64,000 nt of DNA from Candidatus Altimarinota bacterium (lineage in GTDB: Bacteria; Patescibacteriota; Gracilibacteria; BD1-5; UBA2023). Positions 21,993-32,431 of the stretch are shown in pieces. The stretch is from contig JAYVIJ010000040.1 in NCBI GenBank assembly GCA_043770315.1, positions 2,872 to 66,871 of the forward strand. Reading direction: 5' to 3'. The number at the start of each line of letters is the position of its first letter. Position 1 is the stretch's first letter. The notes under the pieces were generated by a model. It was not told where the DNA came from. It worked only from the letters and a program-made list of their open reading frames with translations, and made no database searches. The translations under genes and the position numbers were made by a program.

Positions 21993-23319
21993 ATTTCCTT
22001 CGCCAATCATGAGGGAAGTGATTTGAGATGAGGGCATTATTTACTTCCTCAAGAGCAATATCTATAGATTCATATCTTATGATGATATCCCCATCAGGAA
22101 GTGTACATTCGAGTGACTCACCCCGAAGATATCGATCGAGTTCTTGTTCATTATTGATAGTGTATACGGTTCTAGATGTTGTATCGATATATCGATAAGC
22201 AAAAGGTTCAAATGATATTCTCCCCTCATCTAAAGCAGCTATCTTTTCTCAGAAACGCATAAAGTAAAATTGCTTTCTGAGATTTTCGAGTTCTCTATGT
22301 TTTTTCACGGCAAGGATTTTGCCTGTATGTTCATAGAGTATAATACCATCTTTAAGGATTTGATTTTGGAAGTGCCCTTTATATGTTTTTATTGCTTCAT
22401 TCACGCTTATCACGCGAGGCTTTTCTTCTATTTTTAGAGAAGATATCTTTCGTATTTTTGCTACGAAAAATCAACCTGTATGATCAATGTGTGGCCAGAA
22501 GTGTTTCTCATAGATGATCTCAAATGAATTTGGATATTTTTGCTTGATACTCTCGAGTACTCATTCATTCTCGATGAGATTCATACTACAGGTCGAATAT
22601 ACCATTTCTCAACCGACTCTAAGTGCTATTATGGCTGCATCGATGAGCTTTTCTTGAAGTCGAGCTATAGTTTTTATGTTTTTTATATGCCAGTGTTTTG
22701 TCGCATCAGTACCTTTAAACAGAGTGCCTTCACCGCTACAAGGTGCATCGAGAAGTATACGGTCGAATATTTCTGGAGTTGTACGAAAATACTGCCCAGG
22801 ATAAAGTGTCACACCGATATTGTCACTTCCCATACGATCGAGATTTTGAAGGAGCTGAGGAATACGTTCACGAGTAGGTTCATTGGCAATGATAAAACTA
22901 TTGGGGTAATGCTCTCTGAGTTGGGTCGTCTTTCCTCCAGGACTTGCAGCCATATCCAGTATGACGAACTCATCTTTATGGATTTTTCCATCAGTAAGTA
23001 TATGTACGGATGTTGCTGCAGCCAGCTCTTGGATATAGAAATTTCCAACTAAGTGATCCAAAGTAAAACCAATACGTCTTTCGAGAGGATCAAAATCATC
23101 AGATCTCCCAAGAATAAATACATTCGGTATATAGGTATTTTCTAAAACAAATCCATATTTTTTTAGAAGTGCTTGTACTTCTTTTTCCTTTCCTGGTCTG
23201 ATACGTATCGTTCGAGGTATTCACTTCTCTAAAGCAGCTAAAAATATTTTTAGCCCTTCGGGCTTTTCATGAAAGAAGGTATCACGGAAATATTCGATGA
23301 AGCGAGGGTTTATTGACAT
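21991..23319 (-). CDS. NOL1/NOP2/Sun-family RNA cytosine-C5 methyltransferase (RsmB/RsmF-like)
   Basis: The frame of 22609..23061 extends both ways through TGAs. Motifs: FYIQELAAATS, ILDMAASPGGKTT, LLDAPCSGEGT, G-G(TGA)-EMVYSTCS, PHIDHTG-G(TGA)-FFVAKI. Start is ATG 23317-23319 and stop is TAA 21991-21993. Confidence 0.88.
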
Positions 23320-23369
23320 TGATAGATTAACTAATAATATTGAACTCTATTTTTATAACTCTTAAAACT

Positions 23370-23660
23370 ATGAATACTGCTAAGCCTGTCTATATTGATC
23401 CAATAGATTGAATCAATGAGCATGATCTTACCTCCGTAGTTGATGGAAACTGAAAATGAAAGATAGTCTATATCGACAAGAATAATCCGAAATTCATTGA
23501 TGCATCAAATCTATTAGCAATGATTCGAAGAATTCAGAGTCGACCTTATTGGGAAAGGGTTCCTGTTGCGCGCATAAAGCAAGAAATGGGAGCATGAGTT
23601 ATAAGAAGAAAAACAAAAATACAAGTATTGCTCCAAAGCATATCTGAAGCTAAAATTTAA
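23370..23660 (+). CDS. Hypothetical small protein (96 aa, four in-frame TGA)
   Basis: Walked codon by codon from ATG 23370 to TAA 23658-23660 with no TAA/TAG. It is not in the track because of the TGAs. I recognise no family. Confidence 0.45.
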
Positions 23661-24108
23661 ATTTCCTTGCCATTTCACGATCGAGATCTCTCGATTTTAT
23701 GCTTTCCTTTTTCTGCCATGTTTTTTTCCCTTTTGTGAGAGCAATACGGACTTTGATAAGATTTCATTTGCTATAAATCTGCATGGGAATAAGAGTAGCT
23801 CACATCTCTTTTATTTTGATTTCAAGTCTTTGGATTTCATTTTTTTTGAGAAGAATCTCTCGCTCACGTTTAGTTTCTATGATCCTGACACCTCACTTAT
23901 AGTCACCTATATGGATGCCTGTAGCATAGGGATGTCATTTATTGATAAGAATATAAGATCACTTGAGATTCACGCTTCCATTTCGGATACTTTTTACTTC
24001 TTCCCCAAAGAGTTTGATACCTGCTTCATACTCTTCGAGTATTTCATAGTCGAAATGAGCTTTTTTGTTTTCTGCGAAGATGATTTTTGTTTTCTCTTTG
24101 GGAAGCAT
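23650..24108 (-). CDS. smpB: SsrA-binding protein SmpB
   Basis: [49 protein letters not shown], then through TGAs to ..[54 protein letters not shown]. Stop is TAG 23650-23652. An upstream ATG at 24139-24141 is the alternative start. Confidence 0.9.
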
Positions 24109-24203
24109 ACGGAGATTATAGATAAATGTATGAAAAAGCAACTTGCATTTCGGTATATATATGATAAAATATAAATATTATAAATTGTCAAATATAAATA
24201 TTT

Positions 24204-24422
24204 ATGCGATTCATTTTGATTATTACATGCTTCTTTGGTTTCATGTCTCTTGCTTTTGCCCAAAGTGAGAGTAAGTCTGAATGAGCGAGTACAACTCAAC
24301 ATACCCCACACCCACCACATGATCATCCAAATAATGATCATATCAAAAAGCTCGATGAGTGACTGAGAAAATCAAGGAGAAAAGAGCAAGAAGAACCTGA
24401 AATATGATCTGTTACAGTTTAG
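24204..24422 (+). CDS. Small secreted His/Pro-rich protein (72 aa), putative
   Basis: MRFILIITCFFGFMSLAFAQSESKSE-G-ASTTQHTPHPPHDHPNNDH... The signal peptide is clear. There are three in-frame TGAs and the stop is TAG 24420-24422. Confidence 0.4.
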
Positions 24423-25143
24423 AAAAAATATCTTTAAGTTTCTGTATCGCGAGTTTCTGGTCGATAAAAAATGGACTTGTTGCTATAGTGATATACCTTA
24501 CTTGATGTATAAGATTTCTTATGCATTCAAGTTTCTTACTTTCATCAATAAAGTTCATTTCAGGGGCAAAAAAATCCATATCAAGATTGAGTACACTATT
24601 TTTGGGGGGAGTATATGCCATATGCTTGTCGAGTTCAAACTCATTTTCTATTCGGATCATCTTCCCTATGATACCAGCATTGATAGCTGGCTCTATATAG
24701 TTGCCGACATTACAGGAGAAGTTCGTGAATTCCCAAGCATAGCACTCCTCTTGTATTGCTTTCTTTGGATCGAGAGAATGTTCATTTTTCCAAAGATCTG
24801 AGTGTTCATCGATATGAATAAGCTCAAAACCTTTTTCTAGCACTCATTTCCTTAGTGCTTCAAGCCAGAAATAGAGAGCATGATTGTGGTTATCAAAAAT
24901 TACGATTTCAGGAAGATCTCGATAGTTAGAAGTTTGGAGTCTTATGAAATTTTTGAGTCATTTGCACGATTTCAGTTTTCCATCTTCTCTCTCTTCAAAT
25001 ACTATTGCATCGCCGATTTCTATATCCTCCAGGGTTCACTCAATGATAGCGGGGATAGTGAGATATTTGTTTTCACGATTGGCATAAGAAAATGTATTAT
25101 TTCCGACGTTGCCGCCAAGAATGTAAGGATTTGCATAAGGCAT
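24412..25143 (-). CDS. UPF0489-family protein
   Basis: The frame of 24412..24843 extends upstream through three TGAs to ATG 25141-25143 (walked). Blocks FDNHNHALYFW and LIHIDEHSDLW are as I recall for UPF0489. Stop is TAA 24412-24414. Confidence 0.65.
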
Positions 25144-25203
25144 AAAATACAGTTGACAATTTTTAAATAAAGGCTAATATCTGAAACAGAATTATTTTTG
25201 TTT

Positions 25204-25395
25204 ATGGCATATCGTGATTTTGATAATTACTATACCCCAGGTTATCCTAGGGAATGGAAACCAGAAGATTGGCAGAATAAGCTTTCTGGAACTACGCGAT
25301 TATTTTCTCGCAGAGTTTGATATTATGTAAACCATCCAGATGAATATACCATTGCTTATAATAATCGAGATGAGAATTATAAGAAGTGAGAGTAG
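25204..25395 (+). CDS. Hypothetical small protein (63 aa)
   Basis: Runs from ATG 25204 to TAG 25393-25395 with two in-frame TGAs (MAYRDFDNYYTPGYPREWKPEDW...). I recognise no family. Confidence 0.35.
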
Positions 25396-26403
25396 TTACC
25401 TTAGCACATCCCTCACAGTTCATTTTACATCGTAGGATACATCCTTGTGTCATATTTTTTCAGCTTTCTCTATGTGAGGAGTATTTTCAGCCTTCTTCGG
25501 TGTATGAGTCGAGTGGAGTCCATCGGCAGGAAGTGTCGGTGCTATAGAGATAAGCGGTTCTTCTGTCGCCTCACGATTGAGCATACTCTGTATGAGCCTT
25601 CCTGTTTCATTGGGGGCCGTCACATAATACATCGGCATAGTACCAGTCATACTTTGATTATCTCATTCTGTCATGATCTCTATCGTTCCAAAGTTAAAAA
25701 AGCTTCCAAGCCATCCAGAATATCGTGCGCTCACAGATTTTACTTTATCTCCTTCTATGGTATTGACGCTTGAGAGCATTCCAGACTGATTCACGAACAT
25801 GATCTTTCCAGGAATCACCACATTATAGTCCATTTCGAGATCGATCATCTTTTTTCGATACCGACCGAGAAGTATCCACTGGAGAAATAAGAGGAGCACA
25901 TCTATCCAGATGATCATGCTCCATGCTTCCTTCATGTGTGTAAGATATGATATGCTACTCCATATGATAAGTCCGATCAGGATGAGTTGATTGAGAACCG
26001 TTTGATTAAAAAATGATATAAAATATCTATCTCATTTTTCGAGTTCTATAAGGAGCTCTTTGTAATCGGTGCGTACTGTAGGGGTCCGATATATCTGTCT
26101 AAAGTGTACGATATAGTTCCATACAGAGAATACGAAAAGAATCACAGAGAATCATACACCAAGTATGATTGAGTATTGGGTAACTATATCTTTATGGTAG
26201 ACAAAGGCAGTCCAGATATTGGCAATAGCCATGGTGAGGATCAATATAGGAGTGATGATAAGTGCAAGAGCGTATATCCAAGATCGTTTTATGATGAGGA
26301 CTCGACTCACTCAGTCACTAATAAGATTTTTGATCGTATTGGTCTCGCTTTTGAGATCGAAAGACTTAAATACAAGTGAATAAAGTTTATGAAAAGGAAT
26401 CAT
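25396..26403 (-). CDS. Membrane protein with a bacterial PH (bPH/YdbT-like) type domain
   Basis: One frame joins 25663..25935 and 25450..25650 and extends to ATG 26401-26403 (walked). Several TM helices are followed by VIPGKIMFVNQSGMLSSVNTIEGDKVKSVSARYSGWLGSFFNFGTIEIMTE. Stop is TAA 25396-25398. Confidence 0.65.
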
Positions 26404-26437
26404 TCGAATAGAAAATGAGAAAATAGGATAAGACGTA

Positions 26438-26977
26438 TTACTTTTGCATTTTTTGTATTACTTCATCGAAAACCTCATCAGGAGACTTTCCGCTCGTATC
26501 TACGACGATATCATAAAGATCCATGTCGTATATGTGGACACCATAGTACTTCATATAGCGCTCATTTTCACTATCTCTTCGTATTTCGATATTTTTCGAT
26601 GCTTCTTCTATATTAAAGTGTGATTCTACATCTGATCGAGATTCATCATGAAATATCCTTTTTGCTGCCTCATGACTTTCTACTTGGAGAAATATTTTGA
26701 GTGCATGGGGAATGAAGTGAAAAGCAAGACGACCATCGATGATAAAATTATCTTCTTCTTTTCCAAGATTTTTCTGATGATCATCGAGTATATGATCAAT
26801 GATTCACCCATCAGACTCTGCCTCTCTTCAGAGATCGATCAAGGAAATACCTCTTTCAGCAGCCATATCTCGCATAAATCATCCAGTAGAATATGGTTTG
26901 TATCAAAATTTTTCTGAAAGCCTTCTTCAAAGAGTACTTTTTCCAGCACCGTGATGTCCTCCAAGGGTTATAATCAT
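26438..26977 (-). CDS. cmk: Cytidylate kinase-like P-loop kinase (archaeal-type CMK family)
   Basis: MIITLGGHHGAGKSTL-G-RRLSEKF-G-YKPYSTG-G-FMRDMAAERGISLIDL.., IIDGRLAFHF. It is 540 nt, in frame, with five TGAs, and is absent from the standard-code track. Confidence 0.75.
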
Positions 26978-27012
26978 AGGATACAATTATATGTAAATAG
27001 GAGGAAAGTCAA

Positions 27013-28896
27013 TTATCGGATTTTCCATTTTTCTATTTCCTCCAGAGTCATATCCGTTATAAAATCTTCTTTATAATAGAGGTTACTCTTTGGTCGACTT
27101 TTTCTTTCGGATCCATTTCTTATAAAGGTGGTTTCTTTTTGTAGGCATTTGGTATCCATACAAAGAAATGATGAATTGATTCCTTCTGGAAGGGGAGGAT
27201 TTATCGGACGAATATATCCACGAACGATCAATTCTTCTGCTAAAGCATGATATATCGGACCAGCACCAGTCACTCAAGATATATCATCCATACTTTCATG
27301 ATTCGTATTACCTACCCAGACACCGATAATGATTTCTGAATTGTATCCTATTGCCCAGTTGTCCTTAAAGTCAGTACTGGTCCCAGTTTTTACAGCAAAA
27401 GGAATTGAGGTATTGAGGATACTTGAGATACCGAAAGTGCGTGCACGATTCGATGCATTCGATAGCATATCATAGATCAAAAATTTCTCCTGTTTCCCTA
27501 TATCAAGCAAGGATCGATATCATGTAATAGTATTTTCGAGCGAGAGCTCTACTCCACCGAGAGAAATACTATAACCATAGTATCCTGCTTCATGCTCAAG
27601 ATCGAATCCTATATTACGAAATCGTTCATATATTCTTCCTATTCCGATTTTTTCAGAAAGACGTACGGTAGCACTATTGAGGCTATTTCAGAGTGCTTCT
27701 CCCAGAGAAATTGGTCCATATGCTTTTGGAATATAATTTTGTGGCACATAGGATATCGTATCATTCGCTGTTTCATAGACTCTCGTTTCATCAAGGATCA
27801 GACTTTCAGGGCTTCATCATCTCTCGAGAGCAAGCTCATAGATAAATGGCTTTAGAACTGATCCAACAGATCGTTTACGAACAATCATATCTACAGCACT
27901 TTCTCGAGTATTAAGACGGTTTCCTATGTAAGCAAGTACTTTTTTCTCTTTTTCTGACCATATATAGATGCTACCATTATGGACATTCTTCTCTTCAAGA
28001 GGGAACAAAGTAGCCTCGAGGACATTCGCTGCATATTGGCTTATTCCCATATCAATGCTCGTGACGAGAGTGATATCATTGCTTTTACAGAGGTCTATAG
28101 GAACTTGTATGATAAAATTTTGGAGTGAATTATCAAGGCTGATACAATATGAGGTTATCTCATTTTTTATACGATCCGTAAGAAAGGGGAATATATTTGT
28201 AAATTCAAGCTTTTCTCTTTTTGGGATTGATTCGTATGAAGGTGTAATACTCAATTTCTCCTCGAGCAGACTTTTATATGCTTCTGCCCCGAGAGTTATA
28301 TTTGGATATTTGATTCGGGCTATTATTTCTAGACGAGATGAGTCTTTAAGTGTCGATATTTTTTCTGAAGGGAAGTATATATCAAGTGCTCACTGAATTC
28401 CATATATACCATTTCCCATATAAATAGAATCGAGATATTTCTTGAGAATTTCTTCTTTCGAATATTTAGTTTCTGCGATGATCGCCCAAAAACCTTCTCT
28501 CATCTTTTGCGGGATTGTCCGAGGAGCGTCAGGAAAGTATCGATTCTTTATATACTGTTCGGTGATCGTGGATCATCCTCGTACTGTTTTCCCTGCTTGA
28601 TAGTTTTCTCGTATAGCTCAGAATTTTCCTAGGGTATCGATTCCGTAATGCTTGAAAAATCTCTTATCTTCAATTTGTATGATGGATTCGATGAGTCAAA
28701 CATCGAAACTTCATTTGTATGATCTACTGTATCCTCATGATTTTGGAAGATCAGCAAGAATCCCTCCATTTCTATCGTAGAGGAGAAGTCTCCCTATAGT
28801 ATTTTCTTGTGAATCAAGGACACTCCATATATCGAGGGCTTCATAGCTCATCCATGAAGTCAATATGAGAGTAAGTATGAGTAGGATTTTTTTCAT
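27013..28896 (-). CDS. Class A penicillin-binding protein (GT51 glycosyltransferase plus transpeptidase)
   Basis: One frame joins 27817..28254, 27274..27510 and 27013..27273. GT51 motifs: IQIEDKRFFKHYGID and VRG-G(TGA 28573-28575)-STITEQY. Transpeptidase motifs: SVGSVLKP (SxxK), LGNSLNS (SxN) and AVKTGTS (KTG). The N-terminus has a signal or TM segment. Confidence 0.92.
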
Positions 28897-28967
28897 AAAA
28901 TATTTCATTTTTGGATATGCTCACAGGTTTTAGTATAAGAAAAAAAAGAAAAGACAAAAATTTTAAT

Positions 28968-29212
28968 TTGACTTTCAGTCATTTTCCATATAATCAACTC
29001 ACTCTATCGTAGACCGTAGGAGAGCAATAGCTCATAAACACCTACCGAGATGGACATTCGCAGATATACGATTTGAGATTAGCCAACTAAACTCATAACC
29101 CTTCTCTCGATTTGTTCGTACGATTCTAGTGCGGATTTTTTTTGCACTTTCGTCAGAGGAAAGTATCGTTCATAATAGAACGAAACTATTATATATTAAC
29201 TCTTTTCCCATT
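28968..29212 (+). promoter_or_regulatory. Putative promoter and ~215-nt 5' leader of rplJ-rplL (candidate L10-leader-type autoregulatory region)
   Basis: TTGACT (28968-28973) and TATAAT (28989-28994) with a short 15-nt spacer. The untranslated gap before rplJ is unusually long (316 nt) for this compact window. I did not verify any RNA structure. Confidence 0.3.
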
Positions 29213-29953
29213 ATGGCTGTTACAAAAGCAAGAAAAAGTGAGCAACTTACTACTCTCGAAGCTCACATTAAGGAAGCAAAAAGTGTCGCATTCACCTCAA
29301 ATACGAAAGTGACAGTTCTCGAAGTTTCCGCTCTTAAAAAAGATCTTCGTGCTCAGAATGCCATCTATCTCACGGCAAAGAAGACTCTTATACGTATAGC
29401 TTTTAAGAATGTGCATTCTGTAGATATCGATCTCTCGACTCTTCCAGGTCAAGTAGCCCTTGTCATCGCTAAAGGTGATGCCATTGCTCCATTTGGAGTG
29501 ACGAACAAGTATGTAAATGAGTGGAAAAAGGAAGAGAAACTCGTATTCGTCGGGGGATATATGGAAGGTCGTCTTATGGATGCTACAGAAACAAAGAAGC
29601 TTGCTACTCTTCCTTCTCGTGAAGTTCTCCTCGCAAAACTCCTTGGCTCTATGATGTCTCCACTTTCTGGTCTTGCTCGATTCTTCGATGCAGCAAAGAA
29701 AGATCTCGAAGCGAAGTCACTCGCTACAGTGAAAGATCTTATCGGATCTGCTCCAGCTCCAGCAAAGAAAGATGAGACTCCAGCTCCAGTAGCAGAAACT
29801 GTAAAAGTAGAAGAAGTCACTCCAGCAACTGAAGCTCCAAAAGTCGAAGAGGCTGTAGTTGCTGAAATATCAGATACACCAGTCGTCGAAGCCGTATCTG
29901 AAGAAGTCGCTGCGGCTCCAGAGGTTAAGCCTGAAGAAGCTCCAGCTGCATAG
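29213..29953 (+). CDS. rplJ: 50S ribosomal protein L10 with a 68-aa Ala/Pro/Glu/Val-rich C-terminal extension
   Basis: MAVTKARKSEQLTTLEAHIKEAKSVAFTSNTKVTVLEVSALKKDLR..., then ..LLAKLLGSMMSPLSGLARF. It contains no TGA. The start is the internal Met (29213) of track ORF 29129..29953. Confidence 0.93.
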   Translation: MAVTKARKSEQLTTLEAHIKEAKSVAFTSNTKVTVLEVSALKKDLRAQNAIYLTAKKTLIRIAFKNVHSVDIDLSTLPGQVALVIAKGDAIAPFGVTNKYVNEWKKEEKLVFVGGYMEGRLMDATETKKLATLPSREVLLAKLLGSMMSPLSGLARFFDAAKKDLEAKSLATVKDLIGSAPAPAKKDETPAPVAETVKVEEVTPATEAPKVEEAVVAEISDTPVVEAVSEEVAAAPEVKPEEAPAA

Positions 29954-30053
29954 TTTTATTGATTCTCTTTTCACATCCTGTTTCCTGATTTAGAGGAGGC
30001 AGGTGCGAGATGAAAATCTCGACTCAATATATTTATTTTTTTATTTTTATACT

Positions 30054-30434
30054 ATGGCTGATCTCTCTAAAAATGCTGAGAAGGTACTCGAACTTGTCGA
30101 GACACTCACAATCGTAGAACTTGCTGATCTCGTTTCCGCTATGGAAGAGAAATTCGGAGTTTCTGCTGCTGCTCCAGTCGCTGTTATGACTGCTGGTGCT
30201 GGTGCCGCTGCTGCTGACGAAGAAAAGTCTACATTTGATGTAGTCATGACTTCTGCTGGTGCTGCGAAGATCGCTGTGATCAAGGTAATCCGTGAGATCA
30301 CTGGTCTTGGACTTGGTGAAGCAAAGGCTCTTGCTGACAATGGTGGTGATATCAAGAAGGGTATCAAGAAAGATGAGGCTGAAAAAATCAAGGCTCAACT
30401 TACTGAAGCTGGTGCTACAGTAGAACTCAAGTAA
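30054..30434 (+). CDS. rplL: 50S ribosomal protein L7/L12
   Basis: [37 protein letters not shown]...[20 protein letters not shown]...[18 protein letters not shown]. It contains no TGA. Confidence 0.96.
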   Translation: MADLSKNAEKVLELVETLTIVELADLVSAMEEKFGVSAAAPVAVMTAGAGAAAADEEKSTFDVVMTSAGAAKIAVIKVIREITGLGLGEAKALADNGGDIKKGIKKDEAEKIKAQLTEAGATVELK

Positions 30435-30501
30435 TTATTTTTTCCAAGAATGCTCAGAAAAAAATAATTACCCTACACGAAAGTGAAGTATCTATTCTTA
30501 T

Positions 30502-30535
30502 AAAGAATCCCCTCAATTTATTGAGGGGATTCTTT
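30502..30535 (+). terminator. Intrinsic terminator after rplL
   Basis: aaagaatcccctcaa-ttta-ttgaggggattcttt, a 15-bp perfect stem with a T-rich 3' end. Confidence 0.8.
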
Positions 30536-30560
30536 ATAACATAGTGAGGATACAATCTTA

Positions 30561-30872
30561 TTAGACTTCTAACGCTTTTTTATCTTGAAGAATTCATCTT
30601 TCCGCTCTAAGACTCATATGATATTTATGAGGATATCTTTCTCCAGGTTCGAGACCATCTCTTATTGCAGTAAAACGACCTACTTTCTCTGAGGGTGATA
30701 AATCACTCTGAAGTACTGCACGAAGATAATGTGGCTCTTCAGTTTGTAAGAGTGATATTTTTCTTTCTACTGCTTTCCTTACTTGCTCACTATTTTTTGC
30801 AGGATTCACTTCCGCGATAAGATTAATATATCATTCAATAAGATCTCAGTATCCTATGTCAGGATTTTTCAT
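30561..30872 (-). CDS. Hypothetical protein (103 aa) downstream of the exonuclease gene
   Basis: Runs from ATG 30870-30872 through three TGAs to TAA 30561-30563 and includes track ORF 30594..30809. I recognise no family. Confidence 0.5.
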
Positions 30873-30961
30873 AGTATATTTAAGTAAAAAATTAATATAT
30901 ATATTATATTAATTATAAATAATATGTCAATATAAATAATTACCAGAATAAAGACTGTATA

Positions 30962-31561
30962 TTATCTCTTAAATTTAAGAAGCTTCATGAGTGCTTCACG
31001 AGTTGCCATGATATCACCTTTGGCAGTATGAGCCTTATAATCAGTAATATGAAGTGTATCTGCGAGTCATCCAGGCTTGGAAAGACTTGTGGACTTAAAG
31101 GGGAGGGGAACTTTATTGTATCGTGCTATCGCGTTTGCTTGATTAGCGATTGATTTTGTATCGATGATATCATTTCAGAGTTTTTCATAGAGATTTGGTC
31201 TTCGAGCATTTGCGAAGACACTCGCAAGAAATGCGATATCAGCAGTGACAAATTGTCCTATAATAATCGGTTTTTTCTCGCCAGGGAAGTGTGTCTCCAT
31301 AAATCAGTCCCAGTATTCAGCAAATTCTTCATAAGATTTCCCCATAGCGATACGATCCAGTGTAAAGCCATTATATTCGAGTGCTTTTGGATCAATAATA
31401 ATATTATCAGGCGGGATTAGATCCATATAAAACTCTCAGATAATCTCAAATAAGTCATCGAGAACAATAGCTCAAACTTCAATCACACCATGTTGAAATG
31501 GATTGAGTCCTGTCATTTCGAGATCGAGGATGAGATAGGTACCAGGTTTAGTGTCAGCCAT
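30962..31561 (-). CDS. DnaQ-like DEDDh 3'-5' exonuclease
   Basis: MADTKPGTYLILDLEMTGLNPFQHGVIEV-G-AIVLDD.. (ExoI DxE), ..IIIGQFVTADIAFL (ExoII), ..YKAHTAKGDIMATRE (ExoIII H-x4-D). It is 600 nt, in frame, with five TGAs, and is absent from the standard-code track. Confidence 0.82.
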
Positions 31562-31667
31562 AGAAAATTATTTGCTTTTTTTATCGTACGCTCTATTCTC
31601 TTGCTATGTTTACGATGAAATATCGTATCTCAGTTTTAGAAAAAGTCAAAAAAATAATCTTTACATT

Positions 31668-32267
31668 ATGACAAAGCCATTTATCGTGCGAGATCCATAT
31701 TTCGAGAAAGCCAAGCAACTTGGTTATCGTGCGAGAAGCGCTTTCAAGCTTATCGAAATTCAAGAAAAATACAACTTAATTCAAAGCTGAATGTGTGTGC
31801 TTGATGTTGCAAGTGCCCCAGGGAGTTTTATTCAAGTGATATCAAAGATCATCGGAGAATCATGACGTATTATCGGAGTAGATATTCAGTCTATCAAATC
31901 TTTTGGTCAAAAAAATATTTCCTTTCTCAAGGCGAGTATATTTGATTATGATACCATACATGCATTTATACAAGATCGTGGTATCGAAAAATTTGATGTG
32001 ATCACTTCAGATATTGCACCAAATACCACAGGAATTACGGGGGTAGATCAGTATAGATCTATTGAATTGAATCTTGCTATACTCGATGTAGCGGATGAAT
32101 TTCTCATACCATGAGGAACAGTGATATTGAAAGTATTTGTTGGTGAAGATATCGAAGATCTTATTGCTCCAGTGAAGAGAAAATATGCGAAGCTCTCTCG
32201 TTTTAAGCCGAGAGCTTGTCGAGATCGGAGTTTTGAAGAGTATTTTATCTGTCAATGAAAAAAATAG
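31668..32267 (+). CDS. rlmE: 23S rRNA 2'-O-ribose methyltransferase RlmE/FtsJ
   Basis: DPYFEKAKQLGYRARSAFKLIEIQEKY, VLDVASAPGSF, ITSDIAPNTTGI, GTVILKVF, RFKPRACRDRSFEEYFIC. There are four in-frame TGAs and the stop is TAG 32265-32267. Confidence 0.9.
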
Positions 32268-32280
32268 TCTAACAAAGATA

Positions 32281-32317
32281 CCCCTATTCTTCTTACAAGA
32301 TTTTAGGGGATTTTTTT
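32281..32317 (+). terminator. Weak candidate intrinsic terminator after rlmE
   Basis: A 6-bp stem ccccta...tagggg with a 17-nt loop, followed by attttttt. Confidence 0.35.
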
Positions 32318-32431
32318 AGAAAGGAACTATGGGTAAGAGTTTTATAGATACTTCTATTGTCAATATGTTTATATTTGCTCGCATGAATAAATATTGTATA
32401 CTTATTTGCGTTTAATTATAAATCTTTTCTT

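Noticed and set aside
23650-24203. A tmRNA (ssrA) or any tRNA near smpB or elsewhere in the window.
   Set aside because: I found no T-loop-like GGTTCGAATCC-type sequence or CCA-ended acceptor structure by eye in any intergenic region. Intergenic gaps are mostly under 200 nt and AT-rich. Absence cannot be proven without tRNAscan or Infernal.
26990-27012. The string taggaggaaagtc, which resembles the RNase P RNA conserved GAGGAAAGUC box.
   Set aside because: It lies in a 35-nt gap between two minus-strand CDSs, so there is no room for a ~350-nt RNA and no further conserved RNase P elements are nearby.
27013-28896. The class A PBP as the classical pbpC partner of the A2M gene.
   Set aside because: It is 16 kb away on the opposite strand with many unrelated genes between, so there is no operonic link here. 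I only note the absence of the usual adjacency.
30873-30961. Very AT-rich near-palindromic intergenic stretch (ttaatatatatattatattaa...) as a possible origin or regulatory element.
   Set aside because: It is short and of low complexity, with no DnaA-box-like repeats or adjacent dnaA/dnaN. It is most simply a spacer or promoter region within the minus-strand exonuclease unit.
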